Shown: positions 29,603-39,625 of the stretch, in pieces | Layout of the letters: each line of letters starts with the position of its first letter | Position numbering within the stretch: the first letter of the stretch is position 1 | Source of the DNA: Verrucomicrobiota bacterium | GTDB lineage: Bacteria; Verrucomicrobiota; Lentisphaeria; Lentisphaerales; Lentisphaeraceae | Direction of reading: 5' to 3' | Length of the DNA stretch: 52,253 bases | Assembly (NCBI GenBank): GCA_039798785.1 | Contig: JBDKFG010000048.1 | Location: forward strand, 1 to 52,253 | Made by a program: the position numbers and the translations under genes | Notes under the pieces: model-generated | The model's input: the letters and a program-made list of their open reading frames with translations, nothing else | Database searches by the model: none | What the model was told of the DNA's origin: nothing

Positions 29603-31195
29603 GTGTTTGAAGTGCTCTCCAAAATCATCATGAACCTGGCCTTTCTAAGCGGCCTGCTGACCCACCCGCCTGAAGATCTCATGTCACTCGCCTCGAGCGA
29701 ATCCGTGCTCGCCTGCTGGAAGCAGGACGCCAGTCCCGCCGCCCTCGTCGCGCTGCTCGAAGGCCGCGCCGCCGGGGCGCCGAAGTCCGGCTTCGATCCC
29801 GCCGCAGTTCAAGGCCAGCTTGCCAAAGGCGGCCCGCGCGAACGCCGCGAAGCGCGTGCGAAGATCGCCGCCGCGACCGAAAGCGACCGCGGAGGCCTCG
29901 CCGAGCTTGCCGCCGATCCCGATCCGGAAGTCGCGGTGCCCGCCAAGGAGCGGCTGGCCCAGCTCGACGCCGCCAAGGCCGAACTGGCCGCCCGCAAAGA
30001 ACGCCATGAGGAACCCGATCTTCGCCCCTGGGCCGCCCGCCGCCTCGGCGAGCTTAAACATGCCGCCGCCCGTCCGCTTCTCGAACGTCTCGCCAAAAGC
30101 GAAGGCGGCACCCTCGGGCGCGAATGCACCCGAGCCCTCGCCCTCCTCGACGGCCGCAAAATCGAAAACTCCGCCGCCCTCGAGCCCAGCGCACTCGTCA
30201 AAGGGCTGGATGCGGATCCGATGATCCTCGCCGTCGCCGAACTCCGCCGCGGCGCCACAGCCCAAACCCTCGAAGCCCGTGTCGCCGCCCTCCCCGCCGG
30301 CTCCGTGCCCCAACTCAACGCCGAAATCAAAGAGCAGATCGCCCGCGGCATCAGCCTGGCGGTCGACCAAGTCGGCAATGTCGAAATCCACTCCCTCGCC
30401 TTCTCCATGCCCGCTGACTTCCTTAGCGACAGAGGCGACAATGAAGAACACGCCTCGCTGCGCGTCCTCGCCTCCGGCTGGTTCGACGCCGAGAAGATCG
30501 GACTCCTCCTCCGGCAGAACAAGCGTCGTGATCCTGTGGAACTCGCCGGCCTGACCTTCCACCGTCCCGATAGCGATGTCGCCCTGCATTGCTCGGAAAA
30601 CCTGGTGGCCTGGGTGGTCGCTACGCGCAACGACATCGAATCCGTCGCCGGCGACGTCGCCGCCCGCCTCGGCAATCCCGCCGCCAAGCTGCCGCCCCAC
30701 GCCGCCGAGGTCCTCGCCAAGATCGCCTCGGGCCAGGCCCGCGCCGCCGCCTGGGGAAGCCTCAACGAACGGATCCGCAACGAGACCTTGAAGGAAGTCG
30801 CGCAGAACAAGCAGCGCGCCCTGCGCGACCCCCAAGATCCCGAATCGAAGATGCTCCCCTTCTTCACCTTCTGCGAAACCGTGCTCCAGGCAAAGTCCTT
30901 CGAGATCGCCCTGAACAAAAACCTCAGCCTCGGCGGCCATCTCGAGACGGCGGACGCCGAAGCCGCCAAGACTGCCGTCACCGGACTCGCCGATGCCGAC
31001 GCCTCTCTGCGTCAATTCTTCAAAGACGCCTTGAATCGGAATGCGCCGGCTCCGGTCAAGTCGGTCTTCGCCGCCGTCAACCTGGAAAAAGCCTGGAGCA
31101 GTGGCAAAACTGAAGGGGCGAAACTGCTCTTCACGATTGAGGACGATCTCCTCCGCCTCTTCCCGGGAATCTTCGTGGCGGAAACCTCTCGCTGA
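29603..31195 (+). CDS. Hypothetical protein with HEAT-like repeats
   Basis: RBS AGGAGG + GTG, native codon usage, DPDPEV and AARRLGEL motifs. Confidence 0.7.
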   Translation: MFEVLSKIIMNLAFLSGLLTHPPEDLMSLASSESVLACWKQDASPAALVALLEGRAAGAPKSGFDPAAVQGQLAKGGPRERREARAKIAAATESDRGGLAELAADPDPEVAVPAKERLAQLDAAKAELAARKERHEEPDLRPWAARRLGELKHAAARPLLERLAKSEGGTLGRECTRALALLDGRKIENSAALEPSALVKGLDADPMILAVAELRRGATAQTLEARVAALPAGSVPQLNAEIKEQIARGISLAVDQVGNVEIHSLAFSMPADFLSDRGDNEEHASLRVLASGWFDAEKIGLLLRQNKRRDPVELAGLTFHRPDSDVALHCSENLVAWVVATRNDIESVAGDVAARLGNPAAKLPPHAAEVLAKIASGQARAAAWGSLNERIRNETLKEVAQNKQRALRDPQDPESKMLPFFTFCETVLQAKSFEIALNKNLSLGGHLETADAEAAKTAVTGLADADASLRQFFKDALNRNAPAPVKSVFAAVNLEKAWSSGKTEGAKLLFTIEDDLLRLFPGIFVAETSR

Positions 31196-31231
31196 GGATG
31201 CCCGAAGCGGAGTCCAACCCAATCACCCAAT

Positions 31232-31262
31232 CAAAGAGCGCGGCGAAGAGCCGCGCTCTTTG
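31232..31262. terminator. Bidirectional terminator
   Basis: CAAAGAGCGCGGC-gaaga-GCCGCGCTCTTTG between convergent genes. Confidence 0.85.
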
Positions 31263-31286
31263 TCATGAAAGAGGATAAGCCGGAGC

Positions 31287-32075
31287 TCACTCCGCCGGCG
31301 GACGGGCGAGGCCGCGCTTGGCCAGAGGCAGGAACTTGAGAATGTCCTGGACGCAGGGGTCGGCGCCGAATTCGGCTTCGAGGGTCTTGGTCGCTTCTTC
31401 CAGGGTCAGGCCGCGGCGGAAGAGGATCTTGAAGGCCTCGAGGCTGGGGCGGACGTGGTCTTTCAGGCCGTGGCGCTCCATCCCGACCTTGTTGACGACG
31501 CGCATGCCCGCGGGAGTGCCTTCGGCAATCATGTAGGGCAGGATGTCCTGGACGACGCGGGCCATGCCGGCGACCATCGAGAAGCGGCCGAGGCGGCAGA
31601 ACTGGTGCACCGCCGAGAGGCCGCCGATGTTGCAGTGGTCTTCGACGATGACGTGGCCGCCGAGGGTCGAGCTGTGCGACAGGACGCTGTGGTCGCCGAC
31701 TTCGCAGTTGTGGCCGACGTGGGACAAGGCGAGGAGGGCGCAGTCGTTGCCGATCTTGGTCCAGGTGCCGTCGTCGGTGCCGGCGTGGATGGTGACGTTC
31801 TCGCGGATCAGGGTGCGGTCGCCGATGCTGGTGTAGCAGCGGTTGCCGGGCTTCCATTTCAGGTCTTGCGACTGGTTGCCGACCGAGGCGAAGGCGAAGA
31901 TCCGGCAGTCGCTGCCGACGCGGGTGTTTTCGCCGATCAGGGCGTGGCCTTGCAGCCAGGTGCGGTCGCCGACGCGGGCGCCCTTCTCGATGATGGTGAA
32001 GGGGCCGATGTGGGCGTCCTGGCCGATCTCGACGCCGGACGCGATGACCGCGCTGGGGTGGATGAAGGTGGCCAT
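31287..32075 (-). CDS. lpxA: UDP-N-acetylglucosamine acyltransferase
   Basis: IHPSAVI hexapeptide repeats, QDLK, IRENVTIH, SHVGHNC, VHQFC. Confidence 0.96.
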   Translation of the reverse strand: MATFIHPSAVIASGVEIGQDAHIGPFTIIEKGARVGDRTWLQGHALIGENTRVGSDCRIFAFASVGNQSQDLKWKPGNRCYTSIGDRTLIRENVTIHAGTDDGTWTKIGNDCALLALSHVGHNCEVGDHSVLSHSSTLGGHVIVEDHCNIGGLSAVHQFCRLGRFSMVAGMARVVQDILPYMIAEGTPAGMRVVNKVGMERHGLKDHVRPSLEAFKILFRRGLTLEEATKTLEAEFGADPCVQDILKFLPLAKRGLARPPAE

Positions 32076-32079
32076 GGGA

Positions 32080-33012
32080 TCAGACCTTGTCGACCAGGGC
32101 GAAGGCCATGTCGAGCTTGGCGATCAGCTCGTCGCCGCGGGTGATGGTGGCGGTGCAGGCGCAGAGCTTGGAGCGCATCATGGTGGTCTCGATGTTGATC
32201 AGAAGGCGGTCGCCGGGGACGGCGGCGAGATGCATCTGGGCGTTCTCGATCGACATGAAGAGGCCGAGCTTGTTGCTGTTTTCGGGCATCCGCAGGACGA
32301 AGGTGCAGGCGAGCTGGGCCGCGGTCTCGCAGAGGACCGAGTTCGGGCAGACGGCCATGCCGGGGAAGTAGCGGGTGCAGAACTGCTCGCCGGCGGTGAT
32401 CAGCTTCTCGCCGAGGATCTGGGTCTCGTTGACGAAGAGGGCGTTGTCGATGAACTGGAAGGGGTAGCGGTGGGGGATCAGGGCGGTGATGGCGCGGACG
32501 TCGAGGAACTTGCCGGTGACGCCTTCGAGCTTGAGGTGGCTGTGGCCGGGGGTGAAGATCTTCGGCTGCAGCTCTTCCGGCTTGAGCCAGGCGAGGGTGA
32601 ACTTGGCTTGCGAGCAGACCTTGTCGGCGACGGAGACGGTGGCGGAGACGGTGGCGGTTTCGGCATCGAAGGCTTCGAGGTGGGCCTTGATGATCATCTG
32701 ATCGCCGGGGCCGACGGGGCTGCGGAAGCGGATCTTGTCGACTGCCTTGAGCCAGATCGGTGCGTTGCGGCGGCCGAGCTCGAGGGCCCAGGCGACGCCG
32801 GCGGCCTGCATCATCGCTTCCATCTGCAAAATGCCGGGGAGGATGGGGTTGCCGGGGAAGTGGCCGTTGAAGGTCGATTCGTTGACCGAGACGTTGCGCA
32901 GGGCGGTGATCCGGGTGGGGTCTTCTTCGAGCTGAACCCGATCGAGCATCAGGTAGGGAGGACGCTGGGGGAGGATTTCGAAGATTTCCTGGATGCCGAG
33001 GATTCTGTTCAT
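32080..33012 (-). CDS. fabZ: Tandem double-domain 3-hydroxyacyl-ACP dehydratase
   Basis: Two FabZ-like hotdog domains (LPQRPPYLMLDRV..GHFPG..PGIL..EAM.Q; IPHRYPFQFID..YFPG..P..VL.E.AAQ). Confidence 0.9.
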   Translation of the reverse strand: MNRILGIQEIFEILPQRPPYLMLDRVQLEEDPTRITALRNVSVNESTFNGHFPGNPILPGILQMEAMMQAAGVAWALELGRRNAPIWLKAVDKIRFRSPVGPGDQMIIKAHLEAFDAETATVSATVSVADKVCSQAKFTLAWLKPEELQPKIFTPGHSHLKLEGVTGKFLDVRAITALIPHRYPFQFIDNALFVNETQILGEKLITAGEQFCTRYFPGMAVCPNSVLCETAAQLACTFVLRMPENSNKLGLFMSIENAQMHLAAVPGDRLLINIETTMMRSKLCACTATITRGDELIAKLDMAFALVDKV

Positions 33013-33863
33013 AGCTGACCTTCTTTTTCGAGCTGGAGGAGTTTCTGGACCATGGTGACGTTGGAGGGATGGCCGGACTTGACGGCGACGATGTGGCCCT
33101 TGAGGGGGCGGCCGAGAAGTGCGAAGTCGCCGACGATATCCAACATTTTGTGTCTGACCAGTTCATCCGGATAACGCAGGCCGTCTTTGGCGAAAATGCA
33201 GGAGCCGTCGATGATGTTGGCGTTGTCGAGGCTGCCGCCGCGGATCAATCCGGCCTTCATCAACTGGTCGAGCTCGAAGAGGCTGCAGAAGGTGCGGGCC
33301 CGGCTGAGCTCCTTGCGGAAGCTCTCGGGAGTGACTTCGCACTGGTAGAATTGCACGTCGAGCTGCGATTGGTCGTATTTCACCGTGCAGGAGATCCGGA
33401 ACTTGTCGTCCGGCACCAGAGTGATCAAGGCGTGTTTCATCTCGAGGAAGTGGGGCCGGGTGACCCGGAAATAGCGGCGCGGCACGCCGAGCTCGACGAT
33501 GCCGACCTGGTCGATGACTTCGATGAAAGGCATCGACGAGCCGTCGGCGATCGGCGGTTCGCTGCGGTCCATTTCGATCAGACAGTTGTCGATGCCCTGG
33601 CTGACCAGCGCGGCGATGACGTGCTCGACGGTGTGGATGACGGCCTCGCCGTTTTTGATCGTGGTGCCGCGCATCACTTCGGTGACATTGCTGCCGATGG
33701 CCTGGACCTCGGGTTTGCCGGGCAGGTCGACGCGGCGGAAGACGATGCCGCTGTCGGCGGGTGCCGGCAGGAAGGTGATTCTTGCCCGTTGGCCGGTGTG
33801 CAGCGCGATGCCGCTGTAGCTCGCCGGCCCGGCGAGGGTCTTCTGGATGTCGGGATCAAACAT
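33009..33863 (-). CDS. lpxC: UDP-3-O-acyl-GlcNAc deacetylase
   Basis: GIALHTG, TVEH, PIADGSS, ARTF, RHKMLDIVGD. Confidence 0.96.
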   Translation of the reverse strand: MFDPDIQKTLAGPASYSGIALHTGQRARITFLPAPADSGIVFRRVDLPGKPEVQAIGSNVTEVMRGTTIKNGEAVIHTVEHVIAALVSQGIDNCLIEMDRSEPPIADGSSMPFIEVIDQVGIVELGVPRRYFRVTRPHFLEMKHALITLVPDDKFRISCTVKYDQSQLDVQFYQCEVTPESFRKELSRARTFCSLFELDQLMKAGLIRGGSLDNANIIDGSCIFAKDGLRYPDELVRHKMLDIVGDFALLGRPLKGHIVAVKSGHPSNVTMVQKLLQLEKEGQL

Positions 33864-34207
33864 GGAAGGGTCCTTTCTGTTCATCCGGCAAGATAGACGG
33901 GAATCCCGGAATGGGAAGAAAGAGAAGGACGGGAGGCTGTCAGCTTGATCCGAGGCACCGTTGGAACCGAAGAGCTACAGAAACCCAGGGCTGCTGCCCC
34001 GGACCCCGCTTGGGGACTCGTCCCCAAACCCCATGGAACTTGGCGTCGCTGCGCTCCTGCTGGGACAACCCGTAGCGCCGGGTTTTCCCAGACCCTTTCC
34101 CGACTTTTCCATTGTGCTTGCTCCCTGCATCAACGCGACATCTTTTGTGGCCTTTGAACGACTGGGAGACTGAAAGGATCGTGGAAAATCCTGAGCTGCT
34201 GCGGCTT

Positions 34208-35542
34208 TTAGGTCCCCCAGGGAATCCAGAAGACCTTGCCGCCGCGTTTGCTTTCTTTGGCATTGTCGTGGAATTCCAAGAGGCCGCAGAGGAAAATCGT
34301 CTTGTTATCGCCGCGGTATTCCTTGTGGAAATAAACCCATTCACCGAGGATTTTACGTTTCAAGCAATACAGATCAGCTTCCTGAGGCTCATATCGCCCG
34401 TAGTCAGTCGAGGTGGATTCCTCCCAAAGAGGAATTTCGAGCAGCGGCAGATGAAGGCACTGAGTGATCTCGTAGCTGTGAAGGCGGAGATCGGTTTCGA
34501 GGCCTTGGCGAACTTGCTGCCTAGCTGCAATCTCGTCGTCCGGCAAAATCTCAAAACCTAGTTTTCGCAGGGCGGATATTGGGCGCGGCTGGGCCGTTTG
34601 CGGCGGAATGGGAGGCCCTTGGATCCAGGCCAGGAAGGCAGATTTTTCTTCATCTTTGAGAAAGACTGGCGGCCCATTCCGGGTGAATCGACGATCTTCA
34701 CGCACATCCCAGAACCAGGTGTCGAGGTTTGAAAACTTGAAGCACTGGTCCTGCTCGATCAGGCAGCGGGCGGGGAAAGGGAAGGAATCTCGGCCGTAGT
34801 TGAAAAGGCTGTTCCAGGATCTGTACCCATCGCCGCTTCGCTCCTGGTAGAGCAGCCCAGTCAAGGGATCCCAAGGGCTGTCCCACATCTGCTCGCGGAT
34901 GCTCACCAAGCTGAACATGCCGTTCAGGAAGCCCTCATCATCGGAGAGGGTGGTGCGGCTGTAAAGCGGCCACAAAGCGCTGCTCGAAGTTGTCGCATCG
35001 AATTTCCGATGAAAAAGAGGGCTGATTTGCTGGCGATAGTTCGGAATGGACAGAGGCTCCAAAGTCGAGCCCAGCAAAAAAGTCGTTTGGCTGTACTCAT
35101 CGTTGTAAAGGCAAAGTCTGTCCCAGAGTCCGGATCGTGAGCTTTTGCTTCGGCTGACCAAGGGCGGCAGGCGCCAGGAGAGCCCCTTGTCGTTCCACTC
35201 CGCTCCGATGGCGCCGAAACCAGCGTAATGGCCGGTGGTGGCCTCGTCAAAAGAGGAGCACCAAAGCCCGGCACCAATGGCAAAGCCATAGAACTCTCCG
35301 TCGTGAGCGCGAGACTGGCTCCAGGGAATGGAATAAATGATGCTTTTTCGCTCATCTTTCAAATGGAGATAAACCGGCAGCAGCAACTGCCAGGCCTTGT
35401 CCCCAGCACGCGAATGGGAGACCCAGAGCGGCGGCACCACGACCAGAGATTCGGACGATTCAGTGGACTCTTTCGGCGGGATCTGGGCGCAACTGGCGGC
35501 GGAGGCGAGGAAAAGCAGGGACAGGGCGGCGCGGAGAAACAT
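34208..35542 (-). CDS. Hypothetical lipoprotein / membrane protein
   Basis: Lipobox-like AASC; recurring aromatic P-L-F/Y strands. Confidence 0.65.
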   Translation of the reverse strand: MFLRAALSLLFLASAASCAQIPPKESTESSESLVVVPPLWVSHSRAGDKAWQLLLPVYLHLKDERKSIIYSIPWSQSRAHDGEFYGFAIGAGLWCSSFDEATTGHYAGFGAIGAEWNDKGLSWRLPPLVSRSKSSRSGLWDRLCLYNDEYSQTTFLLGSTLEPLSIPNYRQQISPLFHRKFDATTSSSALWPLYSRTTLSDDEGFLNGMFSLVSIREQMWDSPWDPLTGLLYQERSGDGYRSWNSLFNYGRDSFPFPARCLIEQDQCFKFSNLDTWFWDVREDRRFTRNGPPVFLKDEEKSAFLAWIQGPPIPPQTAQPRPISALRKLGFEILPDDEIAARQQVRQGLETDLRLHSYEITQCLHLPLLEIPLWEESTSTDYGRYEPQEADLYCLKRKILGEWVYFHKEYRGDNKTIFLCGLLEFHDNAKESKRGGKVFWIPWGT

Positions 35543-35626
35543 GAGGAGTCCTTGGGGCTGATTTCTTCGAATCTACGACAAGCGGGAAGCGAAAGCAAGA
35601 AAATATCAACTTGTGCAAGTCTGATT

Positions 35627-35867
35627 GCGCCCTGGAAGGGCGGCCGGATGTCAGCCCAGGGTGTAGCGACGAGGCACGAGACGCAAACCCTGGGTAAGGG
35701 AGAAAACCGGCCGGAGCCCCAGCGGGGCGAGCAGAATGCGCGTGACTGACGCGATTGACCTCTGGACGCCCCTCCGGGGCTCGAAACGACTCGGCATCCC
35801 ACCCAGGGTTTGCCCTCGTTCCTCGGGCTACACCCTGGGCTATCTGCCGGCTGCCCCTCCGGGGCAA
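35627..35867. repeat. Empty REPIN-like inverted pair, family B
   Basis: Arm 35627-35738 and inverted arm 35761-35867, homologous to the arms flanking tnpA #2. Confidence 0.9.
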
Positions 35868-36022
35868 GAGGATATGGAAATCTCGAGACTTGCACAGATC
35901 GAAATATATTCGAGCCGCTCATAGTTCATAGTGAATCTCGCGAGTCCGGGTGGCCATCGCGGCTAGGCGCCGAGCCTTTCCTCATGCTTGACTTCCCTAT
36001 GATTCCGCCGCATTTTCTCCGC

Positions 36023-37268
36023 ATGCCCAAACACACTCATATCATATCCCGCAGTTCGGCTCGGCCGAGTTCCCCGACTTCCGCAAGCCAGCCGCTTGGT
36101 ATGTCGATAAATCCTTGCTCATCCGCGATGTTCTTCAAGGTTCGCAATGCCAGCTCATGCCGCGGCCACGCCGCTTCGGCAAGACTCTCAACATGAACAT
36201 GCTCAAGTGCTGGTTCGACATCACGGCCAAGGACCAGGCGCAGCTCTTCGCCGGCCTCAAGATCTTGCAGGAAGCACCGGAAATCCTTGCCAGCCAGGGC
36301 GCTTTCCCGGTGATCTTCCTGTCGCTCAAGGATTGGAAATGCGGCGGCATTGAAGACTTGCATGTCACCTTGGCCGGACGGATCGGCCTGCTCTTCAGCG
36401 AGCATGCCGCCTGTCTCCGGGCTCTGGATGAAGATAAACAAGCGGTGACGCGCCGATTGCGGCAAAAACTAGCCACTCCCGACGAACTGAAAAACAGCCT
36501 CAGTCTGTTGATGGAAGCGCTCCACCTCCACCATGGCAGCAAGGTGGTGGTTCTGATTGACGAATATGACGCGCCGATCCTGCACGCGATCAGCGAAGGT
36601 TTTGCGCCGGACGCGATCAAGCTTCTCGGTCCCTGGCTGTCTGCCGCCTTAAAAAACAACATTCACCTTGAGAAAGCGGTGCTCACCGGCATTCTCTGCC
36701 TGGCCCAGCAGTCGATCTTCTCCGACCTCATCCATTTCACCTGCCTCAGCCTGCTCGATCCTGGTGGCAGCGCCGACAAATTCGGTTTCACCACGAATTC
36801 GTCCGCCAAGTCACCGCCAGCCGCAACGGCCTGCCCGATCTCGATTCGCCGATGCTGCAAGCCTTCATCGTCGACGACGCGGCCAAATTCCAGCGCGAGC
36901 TGGGCGAGTTCCTCAAAGGCGTCGCCTCCTACCACGACACCGCCAAGACCCCGGAGATCTTCCTGCACGGCCTCATCCTCGGCATGCTCCTGCCGATGCG
37001 CGAGTTCTATCGCTTCGAATCGAATATCGAAGCCGGCGAAGGCCGCGCCGACTTGATCTGCCGCCCGAAAAAACCCGGCTACTCCGCCAAGCTGCTCGAA
37101 TTCAAGGCGGCAGCCAAAGACGCCGATCTCGACGCCTTGGCTTGTGCCGCCATGACCCAGATCGAGGCCAATGATTACGCCGCCCGCCTTCGCGAAGAAG
37201 GATTCCAGGACTTTGCCAAGCTCAGCATCGTCATCTCCGGCAAGAAGTGCCGGGTCCGCAAGGCCTGA
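36023..37268 (+). pseudogene. AAA-ATPase-like / PD-(D/E)XK nuclease family gene, frameshifted and internally deleted
   Basis: YVDKS, PRPRRFGKTLN, LIDEYDAP, DKFGFT, then a jump to the C-terminal SNIEAGEGRADL..LEFK; 5-bp duplication at 36038-36047. Confidence 0.85.
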
Positions 37269-37696
37269 GCGGCGCCTCGACTCTGGCGGACAGCAGGCGG
37301 CGGACGGGTAACGCCGAGGTGGACTATCTGGTGGAACATGATGCCCGGGTGATTCCGGTGGCAGTCAAGGCCGGGCTAGTGGCGGCATGAAGTCGCTGCA
37401 CCAATTCATGGCCTTGAAAGCAAGTCCTTTCTACCTGTGTCACTCCATTTGAGCTCGGCCACAAAAGACACAAAGAACACAAAGAACAGAGTTTTGCCGT
37501 GTCAGCTCGCCGAGTGTCAGTCGCCCATTCATCGGAGTAACACAAGTCGAGTCCTTTTGCCGTGAGGCTGGATCTCAATCCGCCCTCCTCGCAGCAAGTG
37601 GAGTCTCTTGTGCAGACGCCGCAAGGCATGCGCTCCGCGCAATACACGCTGGAGCGCTTGGGGCAACACCGCGGGGGGGGGGGCGCTGTCAAGCCC

Positions 37697-39577
37697 TTAC
37701 TGACGCAGGCGAAGCTTGGCGTTTCCACCCGGCTTGAGCTCGGGATTGAGGATCATGTCCTTGCCTCCGGCCTCTTCTTCTTTTTTCACGGTCTGGGTAC
37801 TTTGCATGGCACCGGACAAGGCAGAAGGCGGGGGAGGAGGAAGAGCCGAGGGGCTCTTCAGCGCCGGATTGGGGGGCAGGACATTGCCAGGCGGCTTGAG
37901 ACCGGACAAAGGCGGCGGTACCGCCTGGGCAGGAGCACCAGGTGGAGTCAAGCCGGGAGCCTTCAAACCAGGACCGGCACCCGGAGGAGTCAGGCCGGCA
38001 CCCGGAGGAGTCAGGCCCGGGGGCGCCTTGAGGCCGGCACCCGGAGGAGTCAGGCCGGCAGGAGCCTTGAGGCCGACAGGGGTGCTAGGAGGCGGAGCGG
38101 GGGTCGCCGGATCATTGAGTTTCTCAGGCGGAACGAAGGCGCTGCTGGGAGCCGGCGCTTCGCCTTCCTTGCTGAAGCTGAAAGCGATCTTCTTTCTCTC
38201 GCCGGCAGGAGCGGCGGCGGGAGCGACAGGAAGAGCCGGGCGGACGATTTGGATGCCGTCGTCGGTCTGCCCGCGAGTGGCTTCGGCCTGTTCTGCCATG
38301 GTCTTGCTGAGCTCCGGGGCGCCTTCCTGGGCGGCGGGAGGGGCGGCGGTGGTGGCCTCGCCAGCACCGGTCAGGGAGGTGAGCGAACTGCGTTTTTCCG
38401 GCTTGCGGATTTTCGCCAGAATCTTGTCCTTGAAGAGAACGAAGACAATGGCGCCGATGGCACCGAGAATGATCACTCCGACCAGAACGAGCATCATCGG
38501 ATCGATTCCGGCCTCGGCCTCTTTCGCCGCCAATTCCTGTTCGTTCTTTTTCCGCTTCGCCAGCTGCTCGGCTTTTTTCTTGGCGGCGGCATCGTCCAGA
38601 GCCTTCTTCTCGGCTTCGGCCTTTTGCTGCTTGGCGATTTCCTCGTCGACATTGACTTCTTTCGCCTTCTCGGCGTCTTCGGCGGCCTTGCGTGCGGCGG
38701 CCTCCTTGGCCTTGGCATCGGCGGCGGCCTTGGCGGCGGCCTCCTCTTCAAGCTTCTTCAGGCGCTGACGCTCTTTTTCCGCCGCCGCCTTTTCAGCTTC
38801 GATCTTCTGGTCCTGTTCCGCCTTGTGCTTGGCGGCGATAAGGGCCTCCTGGCGGGGCTTGGCCAATTCCTGGATCAGCTCGGGCAGGCTCTTCCATCCC
38901 TTGGCGGTGAGGATGAAGCCGGCGGCTTCGTTCTTGCTCACCAGCTCGTCGCAGATCGCCTGCGCATGGCTGCGCTTCCACTCCTCCTGGGCGGCGGTGG
39001 CGGCGTTGATCTTGCCGTCGATGAATTTCTTGCGAGCCGCCGCGACCTTCGTCGGCGACAGGCCGTTTTTGATCGGCTCCTCCTGGATGTCGTCGATCAG
39101 GTAGTTGTTGAACCCGATCTTCAAGGACATCTCATTGAGGCTGGTCACCTTGCCCTTCACCGGGACCCGGCGGGCGAAGTTGTAGGTGAAGCTGATCTCG
39201 TCGCCGACCTTGAAGGCCGGCACATGCTTCTCGGCTTCGGCTTGCAGGGAGGCCGCGCTCGGAATCTTAACCGCCGCTTCAGCCCGCTCCTGAGCGACCT
39301 GACGCATGGTGCCGAGGAGATCCCGGACCAGGAGCTTCTCGTCGGGACGGGTGGTGACGTTGAGCCTCTGGGCGCAAGCCGTGTTGACTTGTAGAACCGC
39401 CAGATCGAACTGCTTCATCAGCTTTTCCGCGTCGATCGCCGCCACTGCGTCGGAAACCAGTTTTTCGCGCTCCTTCGACTTGGTGTTGCGGATTTCGGCG
39501 CTGAGCTCCTCTTCAAGTGCGAAGCCGCTGGGCGCGCCGAGAAGGGCCAGAGAAAGCAGGGCGGAGTAGAATTTCAC
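37697..39577 (-). CDS. Hypothetical signal-peptide/TM protein with a TolA-like AEK-rich segment and Pro/Gly-rich tail
   Basis: Signal peptide, internal TM, GL(K/T)(A/P)P repeats, native codon usage. Confidence 0.8.
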   Translation of the reverse strand: MKFYSALLSLALLGAPSGFALEEELSAEIRNTKSKEREKLVSDAVAAIDAEKLMKQFDLAVLQVNTACAQRLNVTTRPDEKLLVRDLLGTMRQVAQERAEAAVKIPSAASLQAEAEKHVPAFKVGDEISFTYNFARRVPVKGKVTSLNEMSLKIGFNNYLIDDIQEEPIKNGLSPTKVAAARKKFIDGKINAATAAQEEWKRSHAQAICDELVSKNEAAGFILTAKGWKSLPELIQELAKPRQEALIAAKHKAEQDQKIEAEKAAAEKERQRLKKLEEEAAAKAAADAKAKEAAARKAAEDAEKAKEVNVDEEIAKQQKAEAEKKALDDAAAKKKAEQLAKRKKNEQELAAKEAEAGIDPMMLVLVGVIILGAIGAIVFVLFKDKILAKIRKPEKRSSLTSLTGAGEATTAAPPAAQEGAPELSKTMAEQAEATRGQTDDGIQIVRPALPVAPAAAPAGERKKIAFSFSKEGEAPAPSSAFVPPEKLNDPATPAPPPSTPVGLKAPAGLTPPGAGLKAPPGLTPPGAGLTPPGAGPGLKAPGLTPPGAPAQAVPPPLSGLKPPGNVLPPNPALKSPSALPPPPPSALSGAMQSTQTVKKEEEAGGKDMILNPELKPGGNAKLRLRQ

Positions 39578-39625
39578 GGGGATCTCCTTGCGAAAAAGTA
39601 AGAGACGTCAAAGTACATTATGCCA

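Noticed and set aside
37673..37683. G11 homopolymer as a phase-variation tract
   Set aside because: Lies downstream of a stop codon, not in a credible CDS or promoter
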